Below, in pieces: positions 13,701 to 26,137 of a stretch of 64,000 bases of DNA; within the stretch, counting starts at the first letter, position 1; each line of letters starts with the position of its first letter. This DNA comes from Macrostomum lignano. Lineage: Eukaryota. The translations under genes were made by a program, and so were the position numbers. The stretch covers positions 1 through 64,000 of the forward strand of contig NIVC01000526.1 of NCBI GenBank assembly GCA_002269645.1, read 5' to 3'. The notes beneath the pieces are model-generated. The model made no database searches. It saw only the letters and a program-made list of their open reading frames with translations, and was not told where the DNA came from.

Positions 13701-13937
13701 ATACTGTCTGTACGAGACATCCGGCTGAGATGAGTGTTAAATGGACAATTATGCTAGTTAGAATTTTATATGCTGGCTTTTATTTCAACTACATGTACAT
13801 AAAATATAACTTACCAAAACATTATCAGGCAATCTGTCTGATTCAGCTTTCTTTTCCTCTTTCGAAACTGGGACACTGTGGGTGCAGCTAATTAGTAAGA
13901 AAGCGCTGGTCAGAAACAGTTTAATGGACAGTGTCAT
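7741..13937 (-). CDS. NUCB2: Nucleobindin (NUCB1/NUCB2-like, EF-hand Ca2+-binding secretory protein). Exons 13937-13815, 13724-13632, 13530-13399, 12307-11978, 10950-10860, 10764-10706, 8416-8231, 7848-7750 (or reading through to a stop at 7741)
   Basis: Signal peptide MTLSIKLFLTSAFLLISCTHS|VPV; YRQYLSEVISAMESDKEF; SHSVRNRLDEIKRQEV; RYEMGKEH; HQP-GSREQLKEAWE..FDPKAFFMLH; EF-hands DINGDGHMDVNE and DKNKDRMVSWEEF. All junctions are gt/ag and phase-compatible. The 3' end is ambiguous: ..EGIDVS* at 7741, or a further exon. Confidence 0.93.
7890..8180. repeat. About 31-bp degenerate minisatellite in a NUCB intron
   Basis: gattcgggatagtttcggtttcagatcatca-like units. Confidence 0.85.
8455..10692. 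repeat. About 23-bp pyrimidine-rich minisatellite (2.2 kb) filling a NUCB intron
   Basis: Units ctatctacctcag(c/t)tccctcctt and variants. Confidence 0.97.
11024..11931. mobile_element. Foldback/MITE-like element with about 105-bp imperfect inverted arms spanning almost a whole NUCB intron
   Basis: 11024-11128 (catggaggaaacaatagaatggagtgctaatctgagccagttattt..cctattggct) is the approximate reverse complement of 11828-11931. Confidence 0.65.
11105..11350. repeat. 41-bp tandem repeat x6
   Basis: ccccccgttccttcctattggctcgtgactgtcatagacaa; overlaps the inner end of the left inverted arm. Confidence 0.95.
12455..13255. mobile_element. Palindromic MITE-like element with nested inverted repeats in a NUCB intron
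   Basis: About 12500-12720 is an imperfect reverse complement of about 13027-13255. A second pair lies at about 12455-12495 and 12725-12765. Confidence 0.65.
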
Positions 13938-16900
13938 TTCAAGACATAAATGATATTTTTACAGGTAAGTATGTATGCTTATTATGATATTAAATCTTTT
14001 GAAAGCTATCAACAAAAAAAATATATACACCTTTGCTTCACTAAAAGTAGAAAACTCTAACCCTTTAATGTTAGTCACGATTACACATCTTACAAATTAT
14101 TTAGGTCCTAGTGTTTATTAATTATTAGAGACAGACAGTTTTTACTTAATATTTTTCGACTAAATTATTATATGATGCTCAGATGTTTAGATGACTCTAT
14201 AGAAATATAGTAGTTAATTTATTATATAATTTATTATATTTGACATACTTGTATACCAAATGTTCAATAAAATATAGCTTATAAAAATTTTAAGCAAGTC
14301 AAATATTTACAAAATATAAAAATACACTAAAAACTTATATGGTTGAGAATTTTGTGATTTTATATATTACATTAAGAACATTTACAGATGAAAATCATGA
14401 TGAATTATTAGTTTTCTAACATTATAAAAAATAGAAAACTATAAGCTACAAGTATATATGCCCCGACTAAAATTAAAGACAAGGTAGCTTGTATATAAAT
14501 GTTGCTCTTCGACTCATGAAACAACTCATGCATATACCTTTGATTTAGTAAACTGATAAAACACGAAATGTCATAATTATATGAAATGAGATCAAGTGTG
14601 TAAATTGTGTCACCAGTTTTTACTTAATCAATGGTTAGCAAGCACTTTATTGAATAAATTAGGCAGAGGTATTGCACTATTAGTATTAATATAATGTCAG
14701 TATCTACTGTCACCATATAGTAAACCAACATACATTAATATACACAGAAACTGGTGTCATGCACACAAAAACATAACACTTTCCTATCAGAAATGGGACA
14801 GTGTGTTAATAAAAAGAAAATTTGAATAATATTACTGAAGTAAATATTGTTTACATTTGGCTTGGCTGTTGATGAAAAGCATCAGTAAAATAGTAAAATA
14901 TTAATGCTCGTGTAAACATGCTAATAAATTTAAATAATAAACTTAATAATTAATATCAAAATCTTCACGAAAGCAAGACTAGTATGAACAGATCACTGAA
15001 AAAATCAAACGACATTATTCAAACTACGTATCTAATAAATGCCTTAATGATAACTACTGTAAAACTCGTTCAAGATTATAGGATACGATCTAAGTGTCAG
15101 TCCAACCAGGGATAGTACAGTGGTAAATGGTACTAGTTACAGTACAGTGGTTTCAATGCACGACGTGCGTTGAAATGTTGATATCTATAGCGTTAACTAA
15201 AACTATTTTTTAAAAATTAGCGCGAAATAGGCCAATTTCTCTCAGTATAACAAATTTCTGACTATCATAAAGATTTTTAAGAATACCTCTGCACAAAATA
15301 AAAGAAGTAGCTTTTGTACATGTGTTTTTTAGAACAGTAGCTGCTACTAAAAATAATTTCTGAAAACAGTGGTAATAAAGTACTCGTAATATCCTGCGCT
15401 ACCTGATTTAAATTATTATAGAATTATTTTATTACATGATCGTGATAGAATTAAAAAGTCATGCTTTGACTTCAGTGAAAGAATAAAATTTATGCATAGT
15501 ATAGCTATCATAGAGATCTGAAGAATGAGATCGGGTTTTAGTTTAAGAACTTAAGCTAGATTTGAGATTATTTGGGAAAAAGGAGGGACAAACTGCATGA
15601 TTGGGTTTTTATTCATTGAGTTTTCGTCTTGTTTGAAAAAATATCATTTCAAGAGGGCCAGCTATCGATAAGGGCACATTCAAAAAACCCACAAGGACCG
15701 CAGAACAGTCATGTCTGATGAATATATATGATATATATATATGAATATGAATATATAAATAGATGACAAGCACAATGTGGGGCGATGCTTGTGAACGAAT
15801 CTTCTTCCAGTATACTGTTTAAAATTTTACTCTGTAGCCTCGTGGATCCAGATTGTATGATTGCTATATAAAGTATAAAATGATACTAGATACTACCCCG
15901 AAGAGTATGCAGAAAGCACTGACTGGAATTGTTGACTATGACAAAAAGCTAAAAAGTGCTCGATTTTGAAAAATCCATTTCGTGATTTTTGGTTGCATAT
16001 AGTCCACTTATCGCTTGTACTAGAATAGGTCTTTAAAATTAAAATAATTGTCATCTTGCCGTGCACCTTATTTATAGCTATAAAATACCAACCAAACACG
16101 AAAAACAGCCACTAGCTGCACTAAACCCATGCTACACTTAACAAAAGATACTTTTTAAACCATTCTTGCTATTCAGTTTGACAAAAAATCGAAACTTCTG
16201 AATCAAAACAACAGCGACCTTATGCCTGTCTCTTTTAATACAGCAACATTTAATTTATTTTCCAATAACAAACACTTAAACACTTCTATATAGCAAATTG
16301 GTAACACAAGGAAAATACAAGGCAGTACATTCAATGACAAAATTCAGTCACTAAATAATAAGTAACGTGTCAGCACTCCACATGTAGAATAAAACTTTAT
16401 TTTGTTTGAAAAAAACTGGATATGAATTGCAGTTTGAATTAAATTTGATAGAGTTTCTGGGTTTATTACTCGTAACTTTGTCAGGTCAGAACAGAAAAAA
16501 AATAAATATTCAAAAGCTGCAAATCCCAAACAGGCTGACTACAAACGGAAGTACATGTAACAGGGATTATATTTAATTGACCAAGACCAGACCCAGGCCA
16601 CGAAGCCGTCAGCATGCATACATTGTCCCCCCCCCAAGATAAACTTAGGCCTATGATCAAGACGGTTGTCAAGGTTGTCAAGACGGCCAGCTGTGACCCA
16701 AGTGGCCCATACCGGGTACTTTTACAAGCGTAAGAAGCTGAATCAAATAATCAAATAGTAATTTATTTTGTCATAATCTTTTCTTGAGTTAATTAATAGC
16801 AATAGAGATATTGGGGGGGGGGGGCAAAAAAAAATTAGCCACTTTATTGATCGTTACGCCATTAACTAATCGTCACTCCTTAGTTGGCCTCTCCTTCCCA

Positions 16901-17047
16901 TCACCATAAAATCCATCACAACGCCCCTGATAAGCTTAGACCCTTTTGAGTCGCTGCCTAATTCGAAAAATATCTAGACTAATTCGCGGAAGACTGCCTG
17001 CCTGCATAAATGCACAGAAAAAGTTAAACAAAAAAACACACTTTTTT

Positions 17048-20000
17048 TCACAACTGCCTAAGCAGCCAGGCGGTTAGTAAAACCAGTTGCCATAGTAACA
17101 GGCCGCGCTTGTCCGGACGGCTCTGATTAGCCAAGTTCTCGCCATCTTTCTGCTGATGCCCGCCAGGACGCGGCGGCTGCGGCGGCTGCGGCGGCTGGAC
17201 TGTCGAGCTGGGAATCGCCACCTCGCTGACCAGCGTCACTGTGGAGTTGACGGACCCGTCAGTGCCGGCGGCTGTCGCTGAGCAGGTGAGCCGCATTCTG
17301 CGATTCAGCATCTGCGACTGGTGGACGAGCAGCACCAGTCGGCTGGTGGGGCGCTGCTGAATGCCGATGGACGAAGCCGATTGAAAGCGCGGCGCGCCGG
17401 CCTGCTTCAACAGGTCATCCTGCCAGAGCCATCGAAGTGTCGGCGCGGGATCGCCGTCGGAGCTGCAGATGAGCTGGGCCGTGGACCCGGCTGGCAGCTG
17501 GTGCTGCTGCACATCCGAAAGTGGATCCGCCTGCAGGTTATTGAAGTTTTATCTTTACTAAAGTGGTGCCATTCGCCAGGGGTTAGCGAAATGGGCGGCA
17601 ACGCCTCCTCGCTGTTTCCCGACGCACGGAGTCCCCTGTAGCTAAGTCAAGTAAGTCAAAGTGGTGCCATACTAATAGTAGATACCTAATGTGGGTGGCG
17701 CCATCGATACCTAATGGGTGGCGCCATCGATACCTTATGTGGGTGGTGCCATCGATACCTAATGGGTGGCGCCATCGATACCTTATGTGGGTGGCGCCAT
17801 CGATACCTAATGGGTGGCGCCATCGATACCTTATGTGGGTGGTGCCATCGATACCTAATGGGTGGCGCCATCGATACCTTATGTGGGTGGTGCCATCGAT
17901 ACCTTATGTGGGTGGCGCCATCGATACCTTATGTGGGTGGCGCCATCGATACCTAATGGGTGGCGCCATCGATACCTTATGTGGGTGGCGCCATCGATAC
18001 CTAATGTGGGTGGCGCCATCGATACCTAATGGGTGGCGCCATCGATACCTTATGTGGGTGGCGCCATCGATACCTTATGTGGGTGGCGCCATCGATACCT
18101 AATGTGGGTGGCGCCATCGATACCTAATGGGTGGCGCCATCGATACCTTATGTGGGTGGTGCCATCGATACCTAATGTGGGTGGCGCCATCGATACCTTA
18201 TGTGGGTGGCGCCATCGATACCTTATGTGGGTGGCGCCATCGATACCTTATGTGGGCGGCGCCATCGATACCATATGTGGGTGGCGCCATCGATACCTAA
18301 TGGGTGGCGCCATCGATACCTTATGTGGGTGGCGCCATCGATACCTTATGTGGGCGGCGCCATCGATACCATATGTGGGTGGCGCCATCGATACCTAATG
18401 GGTGGCGCCATCGATACCTTATGTGGGTGGAGCCATCGATACCTAATGTGGGTGGTGCCATCGATACCTAATGGGTGGCGCCATCGATACCTTATGTGGG
18501 TGGCGCCATCGATACCTAATGGGTGGCGCCATCGATACCTTATGTGGGTGGCGCCATCGATACCTAATGTGGGTGGCGCCATCGATACCTAATGGGTGGC
18601 GCCATCGATACCTTATGTGGGTGGCGCCATCGATACCTTATGTGGGTGGCGCCATCGATACCTTATGTGGGTGGTGCCATCGATACCTAATGTGGGTGGC
18701 GCCATCGATACCTTATGTGGGTGGCGCCATCGATACCTTATGTGGGCGGCGCCATCGATACCATATGTGGGTGGCGCCATCGATACCTAATGGGTGGCGC
18801 CATCGATACCTTATGTGGGCGGCGCCATCGATACCTTATGTGGGTGGCGCCATCGATACCTTATGTGGGTGGCGCCATCGATACCTTATGTGGGTGGCGC
18901 CATCGATACCTTATGTGGGCGGCGCCATCGATACCATATGTGGGTGGCGCCATCGATACCTAATGGGTGGCGCCATCGATACCTTATGTGGGCGGCGCCA
19001 TCGATACCTTATGTGGGTGGCGCCATCGATACCTTATGTGGGTGGCGCCATCGATACCTAATGTGGGTGGCGCCATCGATACCTAATGGGTGGCGCCATC
19101 GATACCTAATGTGGGTGGCGCCATCGATACCTTATGTGGGTGGCGCCATCGATACCTTATGTGGGTGGCGCCATCGATACCTTATGTGGGTGGCGCCATC
19201 GATACCATATGTGGGTGGCGCCATCGATACCTTATGTGGGTGGCGCCATCGATACCTTATGTGGGTGGCGCCATCGATACCTTATGTGGGTGGCGCCATC
19301 GATACCTAGTGTAGGTAGCGCCCCGATACCTAATGCGCGTGGCGCCATCGACTCCGCAAGTGGCGGAAGTAGATCTTGCAGAGATGTCAATGGCATTCGT
19401 TAATTACTACAAGGGAGGCAATATTCATATCATAGTGAACTCATTAAGCGAAATCTTTCAACAGCGTCAACTCCCTCTAGACTGATGTGCAATCAGTCTA
19501 AAGTTGGCAGGCTTACATGTAGGCCTCTGACTGCCAGCCTCTCCCACCACAGCCATTAAGGGAATTCCAGATCGTAGGGTTCATTTCCTCCAGTTTCCAT
19601 CATCATTAAACCGAGAGGGAACTCGAGTCGTCAAGAAAACGTGACCAGCTGTTGGCTGCATGATTCTCCGCCCTCTTAGCGCCATCATCGAGGCGCTCAG
19701 GGACCTCAAAGGCTGCAGCTACTGTTATACATAGTGCAGCATTATACTCTGGCATGACTGACTCACTGATGAAGATGATGAGTAGTGCTAGCTAAGGAAA
19801 AGTAGAAAGAGCTTGACTACAAGTAATTTTCTACGTTTTTATTCTCCGCATCTTTTCATCGTCGGAGCGGCCCGGCTCAGCCTCAAATCATCATCAACTC
19901 GAATATTCGCGTGCAAGCCTCAAGCCGATCCCTCTTGGCCTGCCTCCATCATTTCGAGTGCCGAACTCCTAGCCTTTTAGCCTTAATATTTCTTCTAAAA

Positions 20001-22234
20001 TTATTCTCAATCCAGATTATGTCCGATCCGAGCTGAAAGCTGAAACTGAACTTAGAAATTATGGCTCACAAGCTCGAAATTATGGCTCACAAGCTCGAAT
20101 TATGGCTGACTCTCCCACTGTCCTCTGACTCCCCCACTGTCCTCTGACTCCCCCACTGTCCTCTGACTCCCCCACTGTCCTCTGACTCCCGCAATGTCCT
20201 TTGACTCCCCACTGTCCTTTGACCCCTCTCCCCACTGACCTCTGACTGATAAACTGCTCGAAATAAAGGCTCACAAGCTCGAATTATGGCTCACAAGCTC
20301 GAATTAAGGCTCACAAGCTCGAATTATGGCTCACAAGCTCGAATTATGGCTCACAAGCTCGAAATTAAGGCTCACAAGCTCGAACTTATGGCTCACAAGT
20401 TCGAATTATGGCTCACAAGCTCGAATTATGGCTCACAAGCTCGAAATTAAGGCTCACAAGCTCGAAATTTCACAAGCTCGAAATTAAGGCTCATAAGCTT
20501 GAATTATGGCTCACAAGCTCGAATTAAAGCTCACAAGCTCGAATTATGGCTCACAAGCTCGAATTTAAGTTCAAAAGCTCGAAATTTCACAAGCTCGAAA
20601 TTCTAAAAGTTCAAAATTTCATATCATCGAAAAGCCTTGATTAGCCACTTCCGTCAGCTAGCAGCGCGAACAATTTGAAAGTACACTCTGGGACTCTTCG
20701 CTAATGCAATTTTTCTATTTATTTTGCATAATATCCAATACACTAAAAATATCTTTCAAAAGCTATTGGTAGCATCTGACAAGAACGAATGACTTTCGGA
20801 AGCGCCAAGAAGCCCGGATTCCAGGCTCAGCTCAGCATGCTGAGAGAACCCATTCTTCTTCTTCTTTAAATTTGCCTGGAATTTCCCGATGAAGCGGGAG
20901 GGGAAGCTGGACGAAGCTTTTTCTTTTCCTCTATACTCCGCAATTTCTCCCTTTTCCGGCCGGAGTACCCCCGTGTCAAATCAGCAGTGAGGATTCTTCT
21001 TAGATCCAGCCGCGGAGGGACTTCTATACTGTAGCTGACCGGCCAGTGTCTTCATCAATCTAACGATTCTGCTTCCGCAAAAACTTTACCTTTGTTGTCT
21101 TGGTTAATTTGGTGTCTTGCACTTTCATGCCCCATAGTTGAGATTTTCTAAATTATCGTAGACGGCAGGAGCAACTATACCTGTGTGTTAAAAGCAACAT
21201 TCCTCGCCATCTAGTTAGTAAAACTTTAGACTGCATTTTGTCGTTGCTCACCCCATTGCCAACTGGTTGAAAGTTCAACATATCGAAGGTTGGCTTCTTC
21301 GACTTTGACACGGCAATGTGCACCTGGATGCTGGGCTTTGAGGGCGGCAGGCAAAGCAGCTGGTGCGGCTGCGCCCAAATCAGCAGCTTCCCGCCCAGCT
21401 CACCGCCGCTGGCGCACAGGACATTCTTCGGCAGGCTATTGTGCAGCACAGCGCTGTCAAATATCCAGCTCAGCTCGCAGTTGCAGTGCACCGGGTTGTC
21501 GGCCAGGTACACGTGGCCTTTGAATCTGTCCCGGTACAGCAGCGCTAGCATCGCCGGCTTCAGCTCGCTGCCCAGCCGGCGGATCTGATTGGAGCCGACA
21601 TCCAGCTGGGTGAGGCGCTTCAGGGCCAGCAGCGGCTCGGCCGGCAGCTCCTTGATGACGTTGTTGGCCAGCAGCAGCTCCTGTAGCGCCGGGAAGGCGG
21701 TCTCAACGCCCAGAGGGAATCGCTGCAGGCCGGCGTGGTTCAACTCGAGCGCCTGCGGCCGCCAGTTCGGCCGCAACCCGGCGAAGCTGAGTTCGCCAGG
21801 CCAGCCAACCGGATTGTAGCTGAGCAGCAGCCGTGACGCGCTGACGCCTTCAAGGAAGCCGAAGTCTGTCAGCTGGTTGTTGGACAAGTTCAGCTCCTCC
21901 AGAGAGCTCGTGTTGTTGAAGGCGCCAGCCGGCAGGCGCAGCGGTCCTGCGAGGCTGGCGCGGTTGTTGAAGCTCAACTTGTGAAGGCGGCCTGCGATAG
22001 GCGCGATCAGGTCCAGCAGGCCGGCGCCGTCCAGGCCGGTGCCGGTCAGACGCAGGTCGGACACGATCGTGTTGGCCAGCGGCCGGCCAGACTGGCGGGA
22101 GTAGTGAGGAGTCTGGGTCAACCACAGCGTCCGCAGGCTGGGACTGTCGCGGAACAGGCGCGGCGGCAGGGTGGCGAAGGGCAGATTTCCTGCAGGCGGT
22201 GGATGGGGCAACTTTTAGTAGTAGTAGTAGTAGC

Positions 22235-22271
<37 letters not shown>

Positions 22272-23505
22272 ATAGGTAGTAGTAAGTAGAAGAATTTTGG
22301 TTAAAAATCGATCTTTGCAGCATACAATAGGCAAACCCTGAGCAAATAAAACCTTAGCTAAAAAGTACAACTTCAACTTTGTCCTAGATAATATATACTA
22401 TATACAGAATTCAGAACAATAAAAAAATAGAAATAGCCTACTGAGAATGACGCTGCTGAGCAGTGGCAGGTAGGCAAACAGTTCGTCTGGCAGCTCGACA
22501 ATGGGGCAGTTGTGCACCGAAATCTCCCTGGCGTCCAACAGGTGGCGAAACGCGTCCGGCCTGAGTGACAATGGGATGGAGGAGCCTCGCTGCGGTGCGC
22601 ATAGCACGACCAGGCTGGCGGTCCACAGGGGCACCTGTTTGACTGGCAGCGGCGGGATTGGTGGCTTGCCAGGCTGTTCTACAGACACTCAGTCACTCCA
22701 CTGATCACTCAGTCACTCCACTGATCACTTAGTCACTCCACTGATCACTCAGTCACTTCACTGAATCATCCAGTCACTCCACTGACCACTCAGTCACTTC
22801 ACTGATCACTCAGTCCCTTCACTGATCACTCAGTCACTTCACTGTATCATCCAGTCACTTCTCTGAATCACCCAGTCACTCCCCTGAATCACCCAGTCAC
22901 TCCACTGATCACTTAGTCACTCCACTGATCACTCAGTCACTTCACTGAATCATCCAGTCACTCCACTGATCACTCAGTCACTTCACTGATCACTCAGTCC
23001 CTTCACTGATCACTCAGTCACTTCACTGTATCATCCAGTCACTTCTCTGAATCACCCAGTCACTCCCCTGAATCACCCAGTCACTCCACTGATCACTCAG
23101 TCACTCCACTGATCACTCAGTCACTCCACTGATCACTCAGTCACTTCACTGAATCACCCAGTCACTCCCCTGAATCACTCAGTCACTTCACTGATCACCC
23201 AGTCACTCCCCTGAATCACCCAGTCACTCCCCTGAATCACTCAGTCACTCCACTGAATCACTCAGTCACTCCACTGAATCACTCAGTCACTCCACTGAAT
23301 CACTCATTTACTCACTAAAGCTGTTGAACTCCTGACCATTAGGATTGCACTGCACATGCTTGCTGTCCCAGGAACAGTAGCACTGGCTGGGACAGGGCGA
23401 GCTGTCTCCGGTTGTCAATGGCAACACCGTGTAGTTCAGAGCAGCAACCAAAGCCGGACAGGTGGCCAAAATCAGAGCAGTTGAGATGTGCCAGAAGCAG
23501 GACAT
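17048..23505 (-). CDS. Secreted/GPI-like LRR + Ig-domain protein. Exons 23505-23316, 22678-22442, 22189-21252 (alternative donor 21324), 17530-17048
   Basis: Signal peptide (MSCFWHISTALILATCPALVAA); LRRNT (CPSQCYCSWDSKHVQC); LxxLxLxxN repeats (LEELNLSNNQL, LQELLLANNVI, LTQLDVGSNQI); LRRCT (NPVHCNCELSW..C); Ig domain (LICSSDGDPAPTLRW..LTCSA); hydrophobic C-terminus. Junction phases 1,1,0 are compatible. An in-frame upstream ATG exists at 23535. Confidence 0.88.
17680..19350. repeat. 23/25-bp minisatellite (1.7 kb), intronic
   Basis: (gt)gggtggcgccatcgatacct(t/a)at units containing GGCGCC and ATCGAT palindromes. Confidence 0.97.
20060..20600. repeat. 20-21-bp minisatellite interrupted by a 19-bp minisatellite
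   Basis: aattatggctcacaagctcg units; ctcccccactgtcctctga units at about 20108-20245. Confidence 0.9.
22217..22285. repeat. (TAG)n microsatellite, intronic
   Basis: Direct reading. Confidence 0.95.
22688..23305. repeat. About 20-bp minisatellite, intronic
   Basis: cactcagtcactccactgat and variants. Confidence 0.95.
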
Positions 23506-23546
23506 TATCTGAGTAGATTTGAATATCATAAGCATGCTGAGTCACT

Positions 23547-24062
23547 TGAGGGGCGATTTGGGGGGTGATTTGAGGGGTGATTTGAGGGGTGATTTAAGGG
23601 GTGATTTGAGGGGTGATTTGATGGGTGATTTGAGGGGCGATTTGAGGGGTGATTTGATGGGTGATTTGAGGGGCGATTTGAGGGGTGATTTGAGGGATGA
23701 TTCGAGGAGTGATTTAAGGGGTGATTTGAGGGGTGATTTGATGGGTGATTAGAGAGGTGATTTGAGGGGTGATTTGAGGGGTGATTTGATGGGTGATTTG
23801 AAGGGCGATTTGAGGGGTGATTAGAGAGGTGATTTGAGGGGTGATTTGAGGGGCGATTTGAGGGGTGATTTGAGGGGCGATTTGAGGGGCGATTTGAGGG
23901 ATGATTTGAGGGGTGATTTGAGGGGCGATTTGAAGGGCGATTTGAGGAGTGATTTGAGGGGTGATTTGAGGGATGATTTGAGGAGCGATTTTAGAGTTGA
24001 TTTGAGGGGTGATTTGACGGACGATTTGAAGGTTGATTTAAGGGTTTATTTAAGGGGCGATT
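23547..24062. repeat. 12-bp G-rich minisatellite (continues at 26138-26255 after an insertion)
   Basis: gatttgagggg(t/c) units in the same orientation on both sides of the 24063-26137 element. Confidence 0.95.
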
Positions 24063-26137
24063 GGGTCTACGACGTTTGCCAGCCGACGTTTGCCTGCGGG
24101 ACGTTTGCCAGCCGACGTTTGCCAGCCGACGTTTGCCTGCGGGACGTTTGCCAGCCGACGTTTGCCTGCGAGAGTTTTGCCAGCCGATGTTTGCCAGCCG
24201 ACGTTTGCCTGCGAGACTTTTGCCAGCCGACGTTTGCCAGCCGACGTTTGCCTGCGAGACTTTTGCCAGCCGACGTTTGCCAGCCGACGTTTGCCTGCGG
24301 GACGTTTGCCAGCCGACGTTTGCCAGCCGACGTTTGCCAGCCGAAATTTGCCTGCGAGAGTTTTGCCAGCCGATGTTTGCCAGCCGACGTTTGCCTGCGA
24401 GACTTTTGCCAGCCGACGTTTGCCAGCCGACGTTTGCCTGCGAGACTTTTGCCAGCCGACGTTTGCCAGCCGACGTTTGCCAGCCGACGTTTGCCTGCGA
24501 GACTTTTGCCAGCCGACGTTTGCCAGCCGACGTTTGCCTGCGAGACTTTTGCCAGCCGACGTTTGCCAACCGACGTTTGCCTGCCGGACATTTGCAGGCG
24601 GCAATTGGTTAAAGAATTATGCCCTCTCTAGGCTTACATGTACTTGCATTTGAAAACTGTGGACACAGCACAGGACACAGGAATCTAATTCCAGCTCGCT
24701 CCCTACTACTGCTATTAAATATACAGGTTACTAACAAACTACTGTTCAGGCTTATTGAAGTTATTGCTCTTTTCTGCCTAAATAGGAAGGTAAAAATACA
24801 AAATAGGAGTTTCCATCGTCACAGTTGATGTCCATGTATGCCATGGAATGGCCCTTTCCATCTCAGTGGCCAAACAAGCTAAGTATTTACAAGCTAAATG
24901 GGAAAATACTGAGAAATCCACAATGGTATTGGCCTATAGTCTCGCCTATATTACTTAACTCAAAAGCCAAACTCTGCTTAACGGAGTTTGGCCATGACAG
25001 CGTGCACTTGACAAGCTGCATTGGAATTAATTCGCTTACTTTTGGATCTCCCAATGAACTGGGAAATATATAAGCCAGAATTATCGTTCAGCAGGTCTTT
25101 TGTTTGCTCAAAACTTGGCTCGCTGGAGATTCCCGAATAAATTTGCGTGTCTTCATTCGCAAATCAGAAATCAAACATCTCAAACTGGGAAAAGCGATAC
25201 AAAACTGTCAGAAGTAAACTTTATAATATTTTCACATTCAAAGAAATTGTTGTTAAACTAGATGCTAGATTGATGAACTGCATAATTTGTATAGATTTTG
25301 TTTTCGAACTTTTATGCATGCGAATAACCGTCAAAAAGTTGGACTAAAAAAACTTTTTTTCAATCCGCTAAAGTGCGAATATTTCAGTATCAAATTTTTC
25401 ACTCACTGACTTAATGTTGGCTGGCAAACGTCGGCAGGCAAACGTCGGCTGGCAAACGTCGGCTGGCAAACGTCGGCCGGCAAACGTCCCGCAGGCAAAC
25501 GTCGGCTGGCAAACGTCGGCAGGCAAACGTCGGCTGGCAAACGTCGGCTGGCAAACGTCGGCTGGCAAACGTCCCGCAGGCAAACGTCGGCTGGCAAACG
25601 TCGGCTGGCAAACGTCCCGCAGGCAAAACGTCGGCTGGCAAACGTCCCGCAGGCAAAAGTCTCGCAGGCAAACGTCGGCTGGCAAACGTCCCGCAGGCAA
25701 AACGTCGGCTGGCAAACGTCCCGCAGGCAAAAGTCTCGCAGGCAAATGTCGGCTGGCAAACGTCTCGCAGGCAAACGTCGGCTGGAAAACGTCCCGCAGG
25801 CAAACGTCGGCTGGCAAACGTCGGCTGGCAAACGTCCCGCAGGCAAAACGTCGGCTGGCAAACGTCCCGCAGGCAAAACGTCGGCTGGCAAACGTCCCGC
25901 AGGCAAAAGTCTCGCAGGCAAACGTCGGCTGGCAAACGTCCCGCAGGCAAAACGTCGGCTGGCAAACGTCGGCTGGCAAACGTCCCGCAGGCAAAACGTC
26001 GGCTGGCAAACGTCGGCTGGCAAACGTCGGCTGGCAAACGTCGGCTGGCAAACGTCCCGCAGGCAAACGTCGGCTGGCAAACGTCCCGCAGGCAAACGTC
26101 GGCTGGCAAACGTCCCGCTGGCAAACGTCGCTATCCC
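24063..26137. mobile_element. Foldback/MULE-like non-autonomous element (2075 bp) with TIRs built from 14-bp tandem units and a 9-bp TSD
   Basis: Left arm (tttgccagccgacg)n at 24063-24590; right arm (cgtcggctggcaaa)n at about 25418-26137. Termini GGGtctaCGACG and CGTCGctatCCC. ggggcgatt is duplicated at 24054-24062 and 26138-26146. No internal transposase. Confidence 0.8.

Noticed and set aside
16560-16930. Second hAT-like element (end ccataaaatccatcacaacgcccctg resembles 40000-40023)
   Set aside because: No matching left TIR or TSD could be found, so at most it is a fragment.
17686-19403. Many overlapping ORFs (WVAPSIPYVGGAIDT)
   Set aside because: Translations of the 23/25-bp minisatellite.
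21850-22323. ORF with a poly-Leu 'signal peptide'
   Set aside because: The poly-Leu derives from the intronic (TAG)n tract. The real LRR exon is in another frame and starts at the acceptor at 22189.
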